Sequence record: NC_021529.2
Strand: one strand, 5' to 3'
DNA length: 64,000 nucleotides
Shown here: positions 39,501-47,912 of the stretch, in pieces
Position numbering within the stretch: the first letter of the stretch is position 1
How the letters are laid out: each line of letters starts with the position of its first letter
Made by a program: the position numbers and the translations under genes
Notes under the pieces: generated by a model
Database searches by the model: none
Seen by the model: the letters and a program-made list of their open reading frames with translations, nothing else
Told to the model about the DNA's origin: nothing

Positions 39501-40252
39501 TGGACAGTATCACCATAGTTCGGGTTACGAGGTAGAGAAATCGCTATCTTCTTGACAGACCCATCAAACGTAACAGTTTCACCAGGATTTGTGAAGTAGC
39601 CACCATTTGTTAAATACGACCCTTGCTGTGTTGAGTGACCAGCGTCGATGTATGTTTCGTATTTTTCTTGATCGATTTGATATGTCCATGCAATGCCGTT
39701 AAACACGAAGTAGATTGTCGCGTTTGGTCGATTGAATAGAACTGATGTAACCGATTGTATTGCCCCAGTGTATCCGTAATATTGGATAGATAACCCACCG
39801 CCTGCTGCTACAGTACATGGGTATGCAGAAAGAACGCCTTTTCCATCTTTGATTGTAACAGTATCGCCTTCTACTGGCGATGGTGGTAGAGTTACGGTTA
39901 CTGCTGAGCTTGCAGTAAGGAATAAGAAATCACCTACGTTAGAACCGACTGAAGTATCTGTATCTTCCCATTCTGGGTCGGTACGCATCTTCTTCCATTT
40001 ATTAACATCAAATGGTTCAGGCGCAGTGACTTCGATAATGTTTTTGTATAAACGCTGATTATACTCAACGATGAAGTCTAATTTGTAGTGAGATCGCGTA
40101 GCATCATACTCTTGAACTGTGTTTTCATCGACAAAGTAACCAAGGTTAACTCCGTCGAACAATTCATCTGCTCGTGGGTTTGCTACGTTAATTACGTTTT
40201 GACCACTTGCATCAAGACCTGACGCACGAAATGCTCTGCGGAATTCCGACAT
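36512..40252 (-). CDS. 34: long tail fibre proximal subunit gp34
   Basis: MSEFRRAFRASGLDASGQNVINVA resembles the T4 gp34 N-terminus; ATETRRGVxEIATQ repeats; late promoter TCTAAATA at 40293-40300 (minus). Confidence 0.95.
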   Translation of the reverse strand: MSEFRRAFRASGLDASGQNVINVANPRADELFDGVNLGYFVDENTVQEYDATRSHYKLDFIVEYNQRLYKNIIEVTAPEPFDVNKWKKMRTDPEWEDTDTSVGSNVGDFLFLTASSAVTVTLPPSPVEGDTVTIKDGKGVLSAYPCTVAAGGGLSIQYYGYTGAIQSVTSVLFNRPNATIYFVFNGIAWTYQIDQEKYETYIDAGHSTQQGSYLTNGGYFTNPGETVTFDGSVKKIAISLPRNPNYGDTVHLKDVAYLENQTSIQIGVHPSSTGQIVQDPISGVRSSVISLDTIGGADITFIDDLGTGVWLVTVANNPHLWNYVGESSTVSLKPRTRYAIEIADAVSEMFITLPEKPVDGDWIEISHNKTAHKTVTVQVHPNFGDDDPGHGADEYKVFLDFETYRYQKYRHYVDFVPFFVESFEISDYDSGYSFVLYYDGTRKVWSFGNIATRIDVADELHRKRPGIVPLADPTEALAHGIEYAHPEDVAKPWADQSPLKDNVITVETLDARRAAEDQVGMARIASLTTSEALEESRSGALVRYPDSNFRHDIVVTPRSLNARTATETRRGVVEIATQTETRSTTNDVQVLSPKKFHAAQAEENLTGVAELTKASNNIAANGTVSSTANMRSDRSTNGLVDTVYDKTDHLRIVTPKMLDEYRATENQPGTLWVAKSTELRINDSTVDDAIITPKKLAAWKASDTIRGIARRATQTEANAISGSGESWNNVFITPETLYNRSATETRRGVAEIATQVEVDAGVLDTHIVSPLKFKTWLAYDHFTSDGVLQGAGYGVSGISHTGDIWNGINLEIALATETQRGTLEVATQAEANANTGGSDVHIITPAKLNARRATETLAGIAELATTAEIDSATSDVTIVTPSKLQHWTRNSAASRADEGRYGTVQLATPAESFVGNDTVGSTQPYTSYLRVPYAVSPYGLHYALRNYLPLHATADNSELLDGLDSTQFARSDESDVINGIYTFTQNDLIVRGDSPRFTLIETDQSNKEWNILVSLSGLSIREDGSATVRQLFGADGDTSFQGGSGIVKINNGAADTNSIRLYVAGSIHEGSGTENVDATYATYSSPAAGSLRQKYLGINNVAKAAEKWVTARTVTLTGDLTGNFTIDGSGNVSTNVQVNDNSHNHSGENITSGTIANARLIKSSRTSQGIVQVTNDVRTADPVNASDPHQALSAGAGKTLSERIDLFTPDGGTGESVKYRDYIQVGTVRMSTNNQGVLEFTFGHAI

Positions 40253-40330
40253 TTCATTGCTCCTTTGTTTAGATATGCAATTCGCTATGTTATATTTAGA
40301 CGCAAGATATAAACACATAGGAAACGACAC

Positions 40331-41262
40331 ATGAGTTTAGAAGGATTCTTCAAACGAAAAACAAAATCGTTTGATGGTATGCCTGCTGGCGTTAATTTAG
40401 TTGACTTCAGTCAGATTGTTTTGAGTACAATCATGGCAACGTACAAACCTACAGATTTGCTTACAGTAGATTTGATTCGACATATCGTTTTGAATACGTT
40501 GCGCAGTAACGTGTTAAAAACAAACTTAAATATCCACGCATCATATTGTGTATTGATAACGGTAAAGGCGGTTATTGGCGTAAGAAAGAAGCATGGTATT
40601 ACAAATACAAGCGTAGTTCTCAGCGCGAAGAATCGGGATGGGATTTTGAAACTATCTTTGATGCAATGGCTCTTATTAAAGATGAAATCAAGCAGAACAT
40701 GCCATATTTCGTCATGGACATTGAAGGCGTTGAAGCTGATGATCACATTGGTGTTCTTACAAAGTATTACGTCAGTAAGAACGTTCCAGTTCTGATTACA
40801 TCATCTGATGGTGACTTTACTCAGCTACATACCAGTAAGCTTGTTAGTCAATGGTCGCCTATTGCTAAGAAGTGGGTTAAGCCTAAACATGGATCACCAG
40901 AAATGGACATCATGTTTAAGTGTATCAAAGGCGATAAGAAAGATGGTATCGCACCGTTGAAAGCGCCGAGTGATCACTATACGCATGGTGATGGTCGACG
41001 CGCACCGTCTGTTCGTAAAGAAGAGCTTCGTACTCTTATGACATCAACGCAAGACGAGCTTAAAAAGCTATTGACTGATGAGCAATATGCGCGTTACGAA
41101 GAAAACAGAAAATTGTTAGATTTCGAGTTTATCCCTAAAGATATCAGTGATAGTATTATCGAACAATTTGAAACGCAGAAGCCTGCGCCGCGCAGCAAAA
41201 TCATGATGTATTTCGCTTCTAAGAAGTTAGATAAACTGATTGAAAGTATGAGCGAATTTTAA
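40331..41262 (+). CDS. rnh: RNase H / 5'-3' exonuclease, split by one apparent missing A at 40516-40520
   Basis: LVDFSQI, EADDHIG, SSDGDFTQL, KGDKKDGI; adding one A restores NVLKNKLKYPRIILCIDNGKGGYWRK (310 aa). Confidence 0.92.
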
Positions 41263-41269
41263 AAAAACT

Positions 41270-41298
41270 GTTTATAACAACACGTGCTGCGATATAAT
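41270..41298 (+). promoter_or_regulatory. GTTTAT-N17-TATAAT promoter for dsbA-33-59-32
   Basis: Exact -10 and 17-bp spacer. Confidence 0.75.
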
Positions 41299-41341
41299 GA
41301 GCAGCACGAAACAACTTGAACAAAACATATTGAGGTAATCG

Positions 41342-41617
41342 ATGGACATTCTTGAATACGAAACTATTTCAACTCCACAAGATAAGCAAGAAGTGATCAA
41401 CATGATCAAAGAAGCTGCTGCGTCTTTGCTAAGAACTGAAGGCGAAGCGTCACTGCGTAAAGACATTGCTGCTCGTGCGAAAGAAGAGTTCGAAATTCCG
41501 GCTGCTGATTTCAATAAGGTTGTGAAAATGTATCACAAGCAAAACCGTATTGAAGAACAGCAGAAATACGAAAAAGTAGACACCCTATACGAGAAACTAT
41601 TCGATGATGAAGAGTAA
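41342..41617 (+). CDS. dsbA: dsDNA-binding protein DsbA
   Basis: KDIAARAKEEFEIPAADFNKVVKMYHKQ; between rnh and 33. Confidence 0.9.
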   Translation: MDILEYETISTPQDKQEVINMIKEAAASLLRTEGEASLRKDIAARAKEEFEIPAADFNKVVKMYHKQNRIEEQQKYEKVDTLYEKLFDDEE

Positions 41618-41899
41618 TGACTACGCAATAAAAAAGAGCTTGGTGATTTAGTACCGCCTATTAAAGGCAGTCTAAGGCAGCAAATCTCTCTTGAGATTGA
41701 AGAGATTTACAATAGCTGCCCTGAAATGACCTATCTCGAAGCGTGTCTGTTCTTCATTGAGCAATATGATTATGACATCAGTCGCTTCCCGTATCTGATT
41801 AATCAGACGTTGAAAGATAAAATTGAGACCGAGGCGATCAATGAAAAGACTATTAGAAGTCGATTTGGTTCTTCCTCGGACTTGGGTCAATGGATTTAG
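41604..41899 (+). CDS. 33: late transcription coactivator gp33, split by one apparent missing A at 41630-41635
   Basis: MMKSNDYAIKK plus the -1 frame ELGDLVPPIKGSLRQQISLEIEEIY...MTYLEACLFF...KIETEAINEK gives a 98-aa gp33-like protein; absent from ORF track. Confidence 0.85.
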
Positions 41900-42512
41900 T
41901 ATATTTCGAGTCTATTGTGCTGTAAAAGCGCATATGGGCGGTAAGTATGATATCTCCAAGTACAAACTAGGAATGAAAACACCGCGTTCTGCATTCGATA
42001 AACGGTCAGATAAGGTGTTTTTTGAACGATTAGCCAAACGGCTTACACTGAATGACTGCTATCAGTTGCTTGTTAGTAACTTAGCAGCGAATCCAAATGC
42101 ACTATCGTATGAGATTTCAGGTGCTGACGCACATGAATTTTGGCTAAAACACACAGGTTTTTTAGAAATTTTCAGTCAGCACTATAAAAATGAGCTACTT
42201 TCGATTTTTACTCTTATAAATAAAGAGAATAAAAAATTCAAAGATTTGTTTAGAGGTGAGGGGCATCCAGTTATAATGCAACTCGTTCTACGCAATACTA
42301 TCTCAATCGAGACGTTTGTGATTCTGAACAGGTTATTGAATTTCGTCCCTGTAATCGACAAAGATTACTCGGATGACATCTTCTGGCACGAGTTCAAGAC
42401 GCGAGCTTTAGCATACGATAAGTTGCTGAAAATCGACGAAGAACTTGCTAAAGAAATGTTTATTCAAGTAAAAATCAAAGTAAAATTTAAAACATACTAT
42501 ACGATACAATAA
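41841..42512 (+). CDS. 59: helicase loader gp59
   Basis: VNGFSIFRVYCAVKAH, KRSDKVFFERLAKR, ISIETFVILN. Confidence 0.93.
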   Translation: MKRLLEVDLVLPRTWVNGFSIFRVYCAVKAHMGGKYDISKYKLGMKTPRSAFDKRSDKVFFERLAKRLTLNDCYQLLVSNLAANPNALSYEISGADAHEFWLKHTGFLEIFSQHYKNELLSIFTLINKENKKFKDLFRGEGHPVIMQLVLRNTISIETFVILNRLLNFVPVIDKDYSDDIFWHEFKTRALAYDKLLKIDEELAKEMFIQVKIKVKFKTYYTIQ

Positions 42513-42548
42513 ACACTATACAATACAATAATACAAGGTAAAAACAAT

Positions 42549-43469
42549 ATGTCAATGTTCAAACGTAAATCACCAGCACAACTTCAAGAAAAACTAGAAA
42601 AACTAGATAGCAAGAAGTCATTTGACAAAGCTGACGAGTGGAAACTATCCACTGACAAGCTAGGCAATGGGTCTGCTGTGATTCGTTTCCTTCCTTCTAA
42701 AGGCGAAGACGACCTACCATTCGTAAAAATCTTCACTCACGGTTTCAAAGAAAACGGCAACTGGTTCATCGAAAACTGTCCATCGACTATCGATCTTCCA
42801 TGTCCTTGCTGTGCAGCTAATGGCGAGCTTTGGAAAACTGAGAACGAAGACAATCAAAACATTGCTCGTAAACGCAAGCGTACTCTTTCATACTGGGCAA
42901 ACATCATCGTTCTTAAAGACGACGCAGCTCCAGAAAATGAAGGCAAAGTTTTCAAATACCGTTTCGGTAAGAAAATTCTAGACAAGATCACTCAAGCTGC
43001 TCAAGCAGATGAAGATCTAGGTCTGCCAGGCATGGACGTAACTTGTGTATTCGACGGTGCTAACTTCAGCTTGAAAGCTAAGAAAGTATCTGGTTTCCCT
43101 AACTACGATGACTCTAAGTTCGGACCAAGCACTGAGCTATACGGCGGTGACGAAGACAAACTTAAAGAAGTTTGGGAATCAATGCACGATCTAAACGCAA
43201 TCATTGCACCATCTGCGTTCAAATCAGAGGGTGATCTGCAAAAACGCTTCTTGCAAGTGACTGGTGCAGCTCAGCCTAAAGCATCTGCGGCACAGAATCT
43301 TGAAGCTCAACTGAACACTTCAGCGCCGGCTCAAGCGAATGCTGCAAAGACTGTTACTAAGTCTGAGGCTTCAATTGAAACTCAAGCTCCTGCTTCTACT
43401 GAAGCTGTGACTGACTCAGTTGACGATGAGCTAGACGCACTACTTGCTGATCTAGAGCTAGACGATTAA
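42549..43469 (+). CDS. 32: ssDNA-binding protein gp32
   Basis: MFKRKS N-terminal arm, Zn ligands H..C..C..C (FIENCPSTIDLPCPCC), acidic tail. Confidence 0.98.
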   Translation: MSMFKRKSPAQLQEKLEKLDSKKSFDKADEWKLSTDKLGNGSAVIRFLPSKGEDDLPFVKIFTHGFKENGNWFIENCPSTIDLPCPCCAANGELWKTENEDNQNIARKRKRTLSYWANIIVLKDDAAPENEGKVFKYRFGKKILDKITQAAQADEDLGLPGMDVTCVFDGANFSLKAKKVSGFPNYDDSKFGPSTELYGGDEDKLKEVWESMHDLNAIIAPSAFKSEGDLQKRFLQVTGAAQPKASAAQNLEAQLNTSAPAQANAAKTVTKSEASIETQAPASTEAVTDSVDDELDALLADLELDD

Positions 43470-43477
43470 TGAATGGT

Positions 43478-43498
43478 AAGGGGCTGAAAAGCCCCTTT
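43478..43498 (+). terminator. terminator after gene 32
   Basis: AAGGGGCT-gaaa-AGCCCCTTT. Confidence 0.75.
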
Positions 43499-43516
43499 GT
43501 TCTCTGAGGAGACTGA

Positions 43517-44077
43517 ATGAAATCTAAACTCATGAAGGTTCAAATCGTTTTTGCTCATGCAATGAGTAAATCCCCACACGCCCCTTTCGGAAATCAAAAC
43601 GAACTCCCTTGGAAATTTAATAGCGAAGACTTATCACATTTTAAAAACGTTACGATGAACAGCGTTCTTGTGATGGGATCTAAAACTTTTGAATCCCTAC
43701 CGGGAAAACTCCCATTTCGACCACACATCGTTGTTAGTAGTCGTGCTGAAGCGACTGCGAAAGACGGGTCAAGACCAGATGTTTACTGTAGTTATGAAGA
43801 CTTTGGTCAGTTAATTACAAACATCGAAAATGTTTATCATATCGAAGGATTTGATACAATAAGTGTTATCGGTGGCCCTAGTGTTATCGAGTCTGCATTA
43901 CCTTTTGCAGACTGCATATATAAAACTACAATAGCTGAGAAAATTGAAGCGTATGACGTAACAATTGACTTGACAAAAATTACAATGCTCTTCCCGCATT
44001 CGGAAAGGCAGAATATCATAGAATGCACTAACGGTTCGACGATATTCATAGACAAGTTAACAAAGGGTGACTTATGA
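43517..44077 (+). CDS. frd: dihydrofolate reductase
   Basis: FGNQNELPW, DLSHFKNVT, VMGSKTFESLPGKLPFR, VIGGP. Confidence 0.95.
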   Translation: MKSKLMKVQIVFAHAMSKSPHAPFGNQNELPWKFNSEDLSHFKNVTMNSVLVMGSKTFESLPGKLPFRPHIVVSSRAEATAKDGSRPDVYCSYEDFGQLITNIENVYHIEGFDTISVIGGPSVIESALPFADCIYKTTIAEKIEAYDVTIDLTKITMLFPHSERQNIIECTNGSTIFIDKLTKGDL

Positions 44078-44808
44078 TTTTTAAGAATAATATTGGGTGG
44101 TACGCAGGTGCTGGATCTGTGCGTCATGACTTCTACATCAACGGTGTTATCGAAGAGCCAGAAGATTACAACGAAATGCTTCAGATTCTACATACTGCAT
44201 CTGAAACAGACGTGGTCTACTTGCACTTGAATACTCCGGGTGGTAACTTTGCTGCTGCTTGTCAAATCTGTGACGCTATTATGCAATCAAAAGCAGGTGC
44301 TGTTATTGCGTGTGCTGAAGGTGAAGTGTGTAGCGCAGGTACGATGATCTTCTTAGCATGTAATGGCTGGCACGTATCGCCATTCGCGACGTTCATGTTC
44401 CATACATCAAGTGGCGGTCAAATCGGTAAAATGCCAGACACGCTTAAACAAGCTAAAGCTCACGAAGAACATCTTAACCGAGTTTGTGGTCTTCTGTATG
44501 ACCCGTTCTTCGATGCAGACGAAATCGACGAAATCATCAACCATAACCAAGACTTGTGGTTAACTCCAGAAGAAGTTACAGAGCGACTTCAGCTAATGTC
44601 TAAGAAGTTCGAAGAAGACATGAAAGAAGCTGAAGAAAAACTTGCTGATGATATCGAAGCCCAGCTTGAAGAGCAGATTGCTGAACGTGTCGCTGAGCGT
44701 GTAGCTGAAGAACTTCGCAAGGTGACTGAAGAGCTTGACGCCGAAGAAGCCGAAGTTGAAGTCGAGAAGCCGAAGCGCAAGCGAAAAACTGCTACGAAAA
44801 AAGACTAA
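44074..44808 (+). CDS. clpP: ClpP-like serine protease with acidic coiled-coil tail
   Basis: LNTPGG, VCSAG (Ser), FMFH (His), DLWLTPEE (Asp). Confidence 0.85.
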   Translation: MIFKNNIGWYAGAGSVRHDFYINGVIEEPEDYNEMLQILHTASETDVVYLHLNTPGGNFAAACQICDAIMQSKAGAVIACAEGEVCSAGTMIFLACNGWHVSPFATFMFHTSSGGQIGKMPDTLKQAKAHEEHLNRVCGLLYDPFFDADEIDEIINHNQDLWLTPEEVTERLQLMSKKFEEDMKEAEEKLADDIEAQLEEQIAERVAERVAEELRKVTEELDAEEAEVEVEKPKRKRKTATKKD

Positions 44809-44872
44809 TTTAGTTTCTGTGATTTAAAAGGGGTAGCATTTGCTGCTCCTTTCTTAGTTTAAAGGTAAAACA

Positions 44873-45973
44873 ATGTCAGATTTATTGAAATCTCTGAAAA
44901 AATCAAGCACTTCTGGTTACGCTCATGTACTATCAGAAAGTCAGTTCATGTTTGAAAAAGATCACACTCGTACGTATGTGCCTGCAATTAACATTGCATT
45001 CAGTGGTGAAGTAGATGGTGGATTAACTTCGGGTCTAACAGTACTTGCAGGTCCATCTAAGCACTTCAAATCTAACTTGGGTCTTGTTGGCGTTGCTGCA
45101 TACTTGAAGAAATACCCAGAAGCAATCTGCGTGTTCATTGATACTGAATTTGGTATCACTCCATCATACTTGAAATCTCAAGGGGTTGACCCTGAACGTG
45201 TTCTTCATATTCAATGTGAAAGTGTTGAGCGTATGAAGTTCGAAATGGCAAATCAGCTTAAAGATCTTGCTGAGCGTAAACGCGCTAAGAAAGCAGGTGA
45301 AGAGCCAGATCGGGTTGTGTTCTTCATTGACTCAGTTGGTAACGTTGCATCTGCAAAAGAGATCGACGACGCGCAGAATGAAAAATCAGTTGCTGACATG
45401 TCACGTGCTAAGCAGTTGAAATCGTTGTTCCGTATCATCACGCCTTATTTCACAATGCTTGATATTCCGTGTATTGCTATCAACCACACGTATCAGACTC
45501 AAGAAATGTACTCTAAAACTGTGATGTCTGGTGGTACTGGTATCATGTACTCTGCTGATACAGTAATTATTCTTGGCAAGCAGCAAGAAAAAGACGGCAA
45601 AGAGATCATCGGTTATCACTTTATCATGAACATCGAGAAGTCTCGTTTCGTGAAAGAGAAGATGAAAGTTCCTTTGACAGTGACGTATGAACATGGTATC
45701 GATCAGTTCTCTGGTCTACTTGATATCGCGTTGCAGACGGGGCATGTCGTTAAACCATCGAATGGGTGGTATCAGCGTGCATTCATTGATGAAGAAACTG
45801 GTGAAATTGAGATTGAAGAAAAGAAATATCGCGCTAAGGAAACTCAGACGCTTTCTTTCTGGAAAGAAATCATCAATTCTCCGACGTTCAAGACTGGTGT
45901 GAAGCGCCTCTACTGTCTAGGACAGCTAGACGAATCAGAGCTATTAGACGAAGTAGATAGCTTATTTGATTAA
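44873..45973 (+). CDS. uvsX: RecA-like recombinase UvsX
   Basis: AGPSKHFKS Walker A, FIDSVGN, MSGGTGIMYSAD. Confidence 0.98.
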   Translation: MSDLLKSLKKSSTSGYAHVLSESQFMFEKDHTRTYVPAINIAFSGEVDGGLTSGLTVLAGPSKHFKSNLGLVGVAAYLKKYPEAICVFIDTEFGITPSYLKSQGVDPERVLHIQCESVERMKFEMANQLKDLAERKRAKKAGEEPDRVVFFIDSVGNVASAKEIDDAQNEKSVADMSRAKQLKSLFRIITPYFTMLDIPCIAINHTYQTQEMYSKTVMSGGTGIMYSADTVIILGKQQEKDGKEIIGYHFIMNIEKSRFVKEKMKVPLTVTYEHGIDQFSGLLDIALQTGHVVKPSNGWYQRAFIDEETGEIEIEEKKYRAKETQTLSFWKEIINSPTFKTGVKRLYCLGQLDESELLDEVDSLFD

Positions 45974-45979
45974 TATCGT

Positions 45980-46008
45980 AGACCCGCTGATCATTCAGCG
46001 GGTCTTTT
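45980..46008 (+). terminator. terminator after uvsX
   Basis: AGACCCGCTGA-tcat-TCAGCGGGTCTTTTT. Confidence 0.8.
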
Positions 46009-46027
46009 TGTATCTGAGGAAAAATTG

Positions 46028-46330
46028 ATGACACCTAACCAAGTTGGCGAACTTCTCACTGAATTAAATGAGCAAGTTAAATTTAGTATCATGATTGATG
46101 ATATTGAAGTTTATATCACTAATATTCTGTTAGATAATAGCGGAAGACTCAAAGTTGAATTTGTTACTCAGCATCCAGACAAAGAAGAACAAATTCGTCC
46201 GCATGTTGAAGCATGTATTATGAAACTTATTAGTGAAGAACAACAAAGAAACGGGGTAGAACAAAAATGCAAATCGAGAAGTCGATTTTCTCAAATCTTA
46301 TCGAAAATCAAGAGTACTTTGCTACGGTAA
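46028..46330 (+). CDS. 40: head vertex assembly chaperone gp40
   Basis: IRPHVEACIMKLI resembles T4 LAPHVEKCITMQL; between uvsX and 41. Confidence 0.8.
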   Translation: MTPNQVGELLTELNEQVKFSIMIDDIEVYITNILLDNSGRLKVEFVTQHPDKEEQIRPHVEACIMKLISEEQQRNGVEQKCKSRSRFSQILSKIKSTLLR

Positions 46331-47673
46331 TCCCGCACTTAAAGAAAGAGTATTTTCAGTCGGCAGCACATAAGCACATCTTCATGATGATCAAGAATCA
46401 CGCAGATGAGTATAAACGTCGCGCAACACCTGAAGTGCTGAAAGTATGTCTCGAATCTTTGACTAGCATTAGCGAATACGATTACGCTGAAATTCAGCAA
46501 ACAATTAATGAACTAGATCCGCATCCAAGTCATGATTTACGATGGATGATTGATGAGACTGAGAAGTTCTGTGTTGAACAGAGCGTGTTCAATGCATTGA
46601 CAGAATCGATTGCGATTCAAGATAACGCATCAAAGCCATTAGATCAGCGCAATAAAAAGATGAAGTCAATCGGCGCTATTCCTGACTTAATGCGTGATGC
46701 GTTGAATGTATGTTTTGACACTTCTGTCGGTCATGATTACTTTGCAGATTGGGAACCGCGATACAAGTCTTACATTGAGAAGGCAGCGAAAATCCCATTC
46801 AAAATGAACATTCTTAACAAGATCACTCAAGGTGGTGTTGAAAGAAGTACTCTGAATCTGCTTCTAGCGGGTTCTAACGTCGGTAAGTCACTTGCTCTAT
46901 GTCACTTAGCAACTGAGTATCTTCTGCAAGGCTACAACGTTCTGTACATCAGTATGGAAATGAGTGAAGCGGCAGTATCGAAGCGTATTGATGCCAACTT
47001 GATGGACATCAGTATGGATGATTTCGATACTATTACTGAAAAAACGTACGGCAATAAAATTCAGAATCTTGAGAAGAAAACTCAAGGTAAGCTATTCATC
47101 AAACAGTTCCCAACTGCTGGTGCTAACGTTACTCACTTCAATACGTTAATGAATGAGCTTCGCACGAAGAAAAACGTTGTCCCAGATGTTGTAATTGTCG
47201 ATTATCTTGGTATCTGTGCTAGTTCTCGCGTTTCGAGTTCTGAGAACACATACGTGCATGTTAAAGCAATCGCTGAGGAAGTACGTGGCTTTGCTGTTGA
47301 ACATAACGTAGCTGTTTGGTCTGCTGCTCAGACTACACGTAACGCATGGGATGCAAGTGACATGGGAATGGGTGATATTGCTGAATCTGCTGGTCTTGCT
47401 CATACTGCTGACTTGATTCTCGGTATTATGGAAACTGAAGAAACAGTCGCATTGGGTCAACAACGAGTGAAGCAAATCAAGTCTCGTTATGCTGATCGAA
47501 ATCAAGATCAAACGTTTATGATTGCTGTTAACAAAGGCAAACAAAGATGGGGTGATGTAGATGGTACTGCGAATTATAAAGCACCTGCTCAATCTCAAAC
47601 GCAATCGTCGTCTCCTTTCGCGCAAAAGAAAGAATCGACGCAGAAAACAGAGGCGGCGAGTGTAAATTGGTAG
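46267..47673 (+). CDS. 41: replicative helicase gp41
   Basis: AGSNVGKS, IVDYLGI, WSAAQTTR, IKSRY. Confidence 0.97.
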   Translation: MQIEKSIFSNLIENQEYFATVIPHLKKEYFQSAAHKHIFMMIKNHADEYKRRATPEVLKVCLESLTSISEYDYAEIQQTINELDPHPSHDLRWMIDETEKFCVEQSVFNALTESIAIQDNASKPLDQRNKKMKSIGAIPDLMRDALNVCFDTSVGHDYFADWEPRYKSYIEKAAKIPFKMNILNKITQGGVERSTLNLLLAGSNVGKSLALCHLATEYLLQGYNVLYISMEMSEAAVSKRIDANLMDISMDDFDTITEKTYGNKIQNLEKKTQGKLFIKQFPTAGANVTHFNTLMNELRTKKNVVPDVVIVDYLGICASSRVSSSENTYVHVKAIAEEVRGFAVEHNVAVWSAAQTTRNAWDASDMGMGDIAESAGLAHTADLILGIMETEETVALGQQRVKQIKSRYADRNQDQTFMIAVNKGKQRWGDVDGTANYKAPAQSQTQSSSPFAQKKESTQKTEAASVNW

Positions 47674-47912
47674 AGATAATTGGGTCTAAGTATTGTCTTG
47701 CGTGTCGTAAAGTCTGCGACACGTTAGACAGACGCGAGATTAAATATACATTTTACGACGCATTTAAGCCGTCATTGCGCTATATAGAACTTCAGCGAAT
47801 TGCAGAAGACGAAGGTTATATTGCCCATCCGATAGCGTTTTACGACGGCGAGTGTCTTGGCGAAGGTGTGAGCGTATTAGCTCGCATTGACAAAATTTTA
47901 TACGGGGAATGA
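47667..47912 (+). CDS. glutaredoxin-like protein
   Basis: CLAC redox motif; upstream of nrdD; TTG start. Confidence 0.75.
   Translation: MVEIIGSKYCLACRKVCDTLDRREIKYTFYDAFKPSLRYIELQRIAEDEGYIAHPIAFYDGECLGEGVSVLARIDKILYGE

Noticed and set aside
41617-41631. ATG 41617 as the gene 33 start
   Set aside because: It gives MTTQ-stop whatever the A-run length; ATG 41604 plus one A gives the coherent 98-aa gp33.
41630-41660. Dedicated dnaX-like stimulators around A_AAA_AAG in gene 33
   Set aside because: Only a weak SD-like GAAGAG about 15 nt upstream and no stable downstream hairpin; not enough to claim programmed frameshifting.
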